Shown piece by piece: positions 34,147 through 35,120 of a DNA stretch of 35,120 nucleotides. Under the pieces are notes generated by a model that did no database searches, was not told the origin of the DNA, and saw only the letters and a list, made by a program, of their open reading frames with translations. Within the stretch, counting starts at the first letter, position 1, and each line of letters starts with the position of its first letter. Source of the DNA: a virus. Lineage: Duplodnaviria > Caudoviricetes. The stretch lies in the IMG/VR virus record IMGVR_UViG_3300032216_000750, positions 1-35,120 of that record; one strand, written 5' to 3'. A program made the translations under genes and the position numbers.

Positions 34147-34540
34147 TGGTTCCTAACCGCTTGGCGATGATCTCGCGTGCGCGTGCTTGGATGGCGGGAC
34201 TGATCTCCATGCGCTCCGTAGCCTGCCCATCGTCCAAGCGTTCCATCTTGTCTAGCGCGATGGCTGCTGCCACCTTGTCTCGCATCATGGCCGCTAGCAC
34301 CTCGGCGGCTCGCAGGCGGTCGCGGGACTGGCTCAAGTCATCGTTCAAGATGCGCGAGCAGATTTCGGGAGCCTGCTCCATGACGGCATCCGGGATCTTC
34401 CACCCGGCTGTCACGGCACGCTGTAGGAGCCGCAAGGATGCCTTTTGGTTGCGCTTGTCGATGTCTAGGGCCGGATGTGCTTCCACCACGGCTGGCGGCT
34501 CTGCGGGCTTCTCCGGCTGCTTGCGTGGCTTGCGTGCCAT
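34127..34540 (-). CDS. terS: terminase small subunit (putative)
   Basis: 137-aa helical protein immediately upstream of TerL. Confidence 0.6.
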   Translation of the reverse strand: MARKPRKQPEKPAEPPAVVEAHPALDIDKRNQKASLRLLQRAVTAGWKIPDAVMEQAPEICSRILNDDLSQSRDRLRAAEVLAAMMRDKVAAAIALDKMERLDDGQATERMEISPAIQARAREIIAKRLGTIDRPGN

Positions 34541-34549
34541 GCTGCGAGT

Positions 34550-34783
34550 CTAGCGCGGCTCGTCCTTCTCCACGAATGACGGTGGGACGCAGTACCAGCC
34601 CTCGGGGATGGTCACGGCGTTTGGTGACAGTTCCCACCCGTCACTAGTGAGGGTGTACACCCGCACTCGACACTCCGGGCCGACGCGCACCGGGCTGCCC
34701 TCACTCACCAGCGTTACGCGAGCGCATCCAGTCGCGCACGCGCTCGCCAGCGCGAGACAGTAGAGCCTTGTCTTGCTTCGCAT
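34550..34783 (-). CDS. lipoprotein, o-spanin-like
   Basis: Basic N-terminus, hydrophobic stretch and lipobox-like ATGC; overlaps the upstream membrane ORF in another frame. Confidence 0.6.
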   Translation of the reverse strand: MRSKTRLYCLALASACATGCARVTLVSEGSPVRVGPECRVRVYTLTSDGWELSPNAVTIPEGWYCVPPSFVEKDEPR

Positions 34784-34871
34784 CGGTTGCCTCCGTCGTG
34801 CCTATCTTGCCGCCGAAGCGTCCTAGCACCTCGGCCACGATGGCCGCGATAAGTGCGGACAGCCACGCCAT
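34701..34871 (-). CDS. small membrane protein, i-spanin-like
   Basis: MAWLSALIAAIVAEVLG N-terminal TM segment; TAATG overlap with the holin. Confidence 0.55.
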   Translation of the reverse strand: MAWLSALIAAIVAEVLGRFGGKIGTTEATDAKQDKALLSRAGERVRDWMRSRNAGE

Positions 34872-35053
34872 TAGTCGGCCTTCGCAGCGTCCTTGGCGAG
34901 AATCAAGCCAACGCCAGCCATGATGGCCGCGATGCATGCGCCGATGTCTGGCACGGTCGTCGGATCATTGTCGGTGAATGCCTTCAGGGCCGAGCCGATT
35001 GCGACGAGGATGGCAGCGATGCCTGCGCTAGTGGTCTTCCAGTTCTGCTTCAT
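34871..35053 (-). CDS. holin-like two-TM protein
   Basis: NWKTT..G..AIL...G.GLI.AKD; GAAAGGA RBS. Confidence 0.7.
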   Translation of the reverse strand: MKQNWKTTSAGIAAILVAIGSALKAFTDNDPTTVPDIGACIAAIMAGVGLILAKDAAKAD

Positions 35054-35065
35054 GGGTTCCTTTCG

Positions 35066-35120
35066 TTAGTGTGATGCTGCAAGCCGATTGATGATCTGCT
35101 GTCCGAAAGCGTAGTAGCCA
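35066..35120 (-). CDS. 3' end of a CDS (...GYYAFGQQIINRLAASH*), probably the SGNH gene that starts at 1006
   Basis: GY..FG..I helix resembles the C-terminal helix after SGNH block V. Confidence 0.5.
   Translation of the reverse strand, partial: GYYAFGQQIINRLAASH

Noticed and set aside
1-35120. Genome-wide TAG recoding (genetic code 15), suggested by the portal amber and by in-frame ORFs after TAG at 3561, 24340 and 34550
   Set aside because: Long genes are intact under code 11. TAG ends genes normally at 11820, 12972 and 23591. The other in-frame followers have their own RBS or promoter-like starts, and no suppressor tRNA was seen.

Overview
The window looks like an almost complete ~35 kb tailed-phage (Caudoviricetes) genome. 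It is probably circularly permuted, because both ends fall in what looks like one SGNH-type gene. An AT-rich divergent promoter region (~10,020-10,290) separates two arms. The leftward replication/recombination arm carries ERF, Gp157-like, a C5 methyltransferase with an out-of-frame beta subunit, a DUF1376 initiator with iterons, RusA-like, a metallophosphoesterase and an HExxH peptidase. The short rightward arm carries small early genes. The rest is a minus-strand late operon: holin/spanin-like, TerS, TerL, Mu gp29-like portal, MuF, protease with nested scaffold, decoration protein, MCP, neck, tail tube, TAC with a -1 frameshift, a short tape measure and tail-tip genes. I recognised no integrase, repressor, endolysin, tRNA or CRISPR array. 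A Cys-rich motif tentatively points to a Planctomycetota (Phycisphaerae) host. The best candidate for a new system is a head-cargo polyprotein locus between MuF and the prohead protease, in which small unrelated domains are joined by a repeated (F)SRPGxxxxF linker. That linker is conserved at DNA level and also occurs at the end of the protease domain. Other highlights are an 11-aa peptide shared by the scaffold junction and the MCP N-terminus, an in-frame amber codon joining the portal to a cargo-like extension, and a candidate sRNA antisense to a GAGACACC motif in early-gene translation start sites. All family calls come from reading motifs by eye; no database searches were run.
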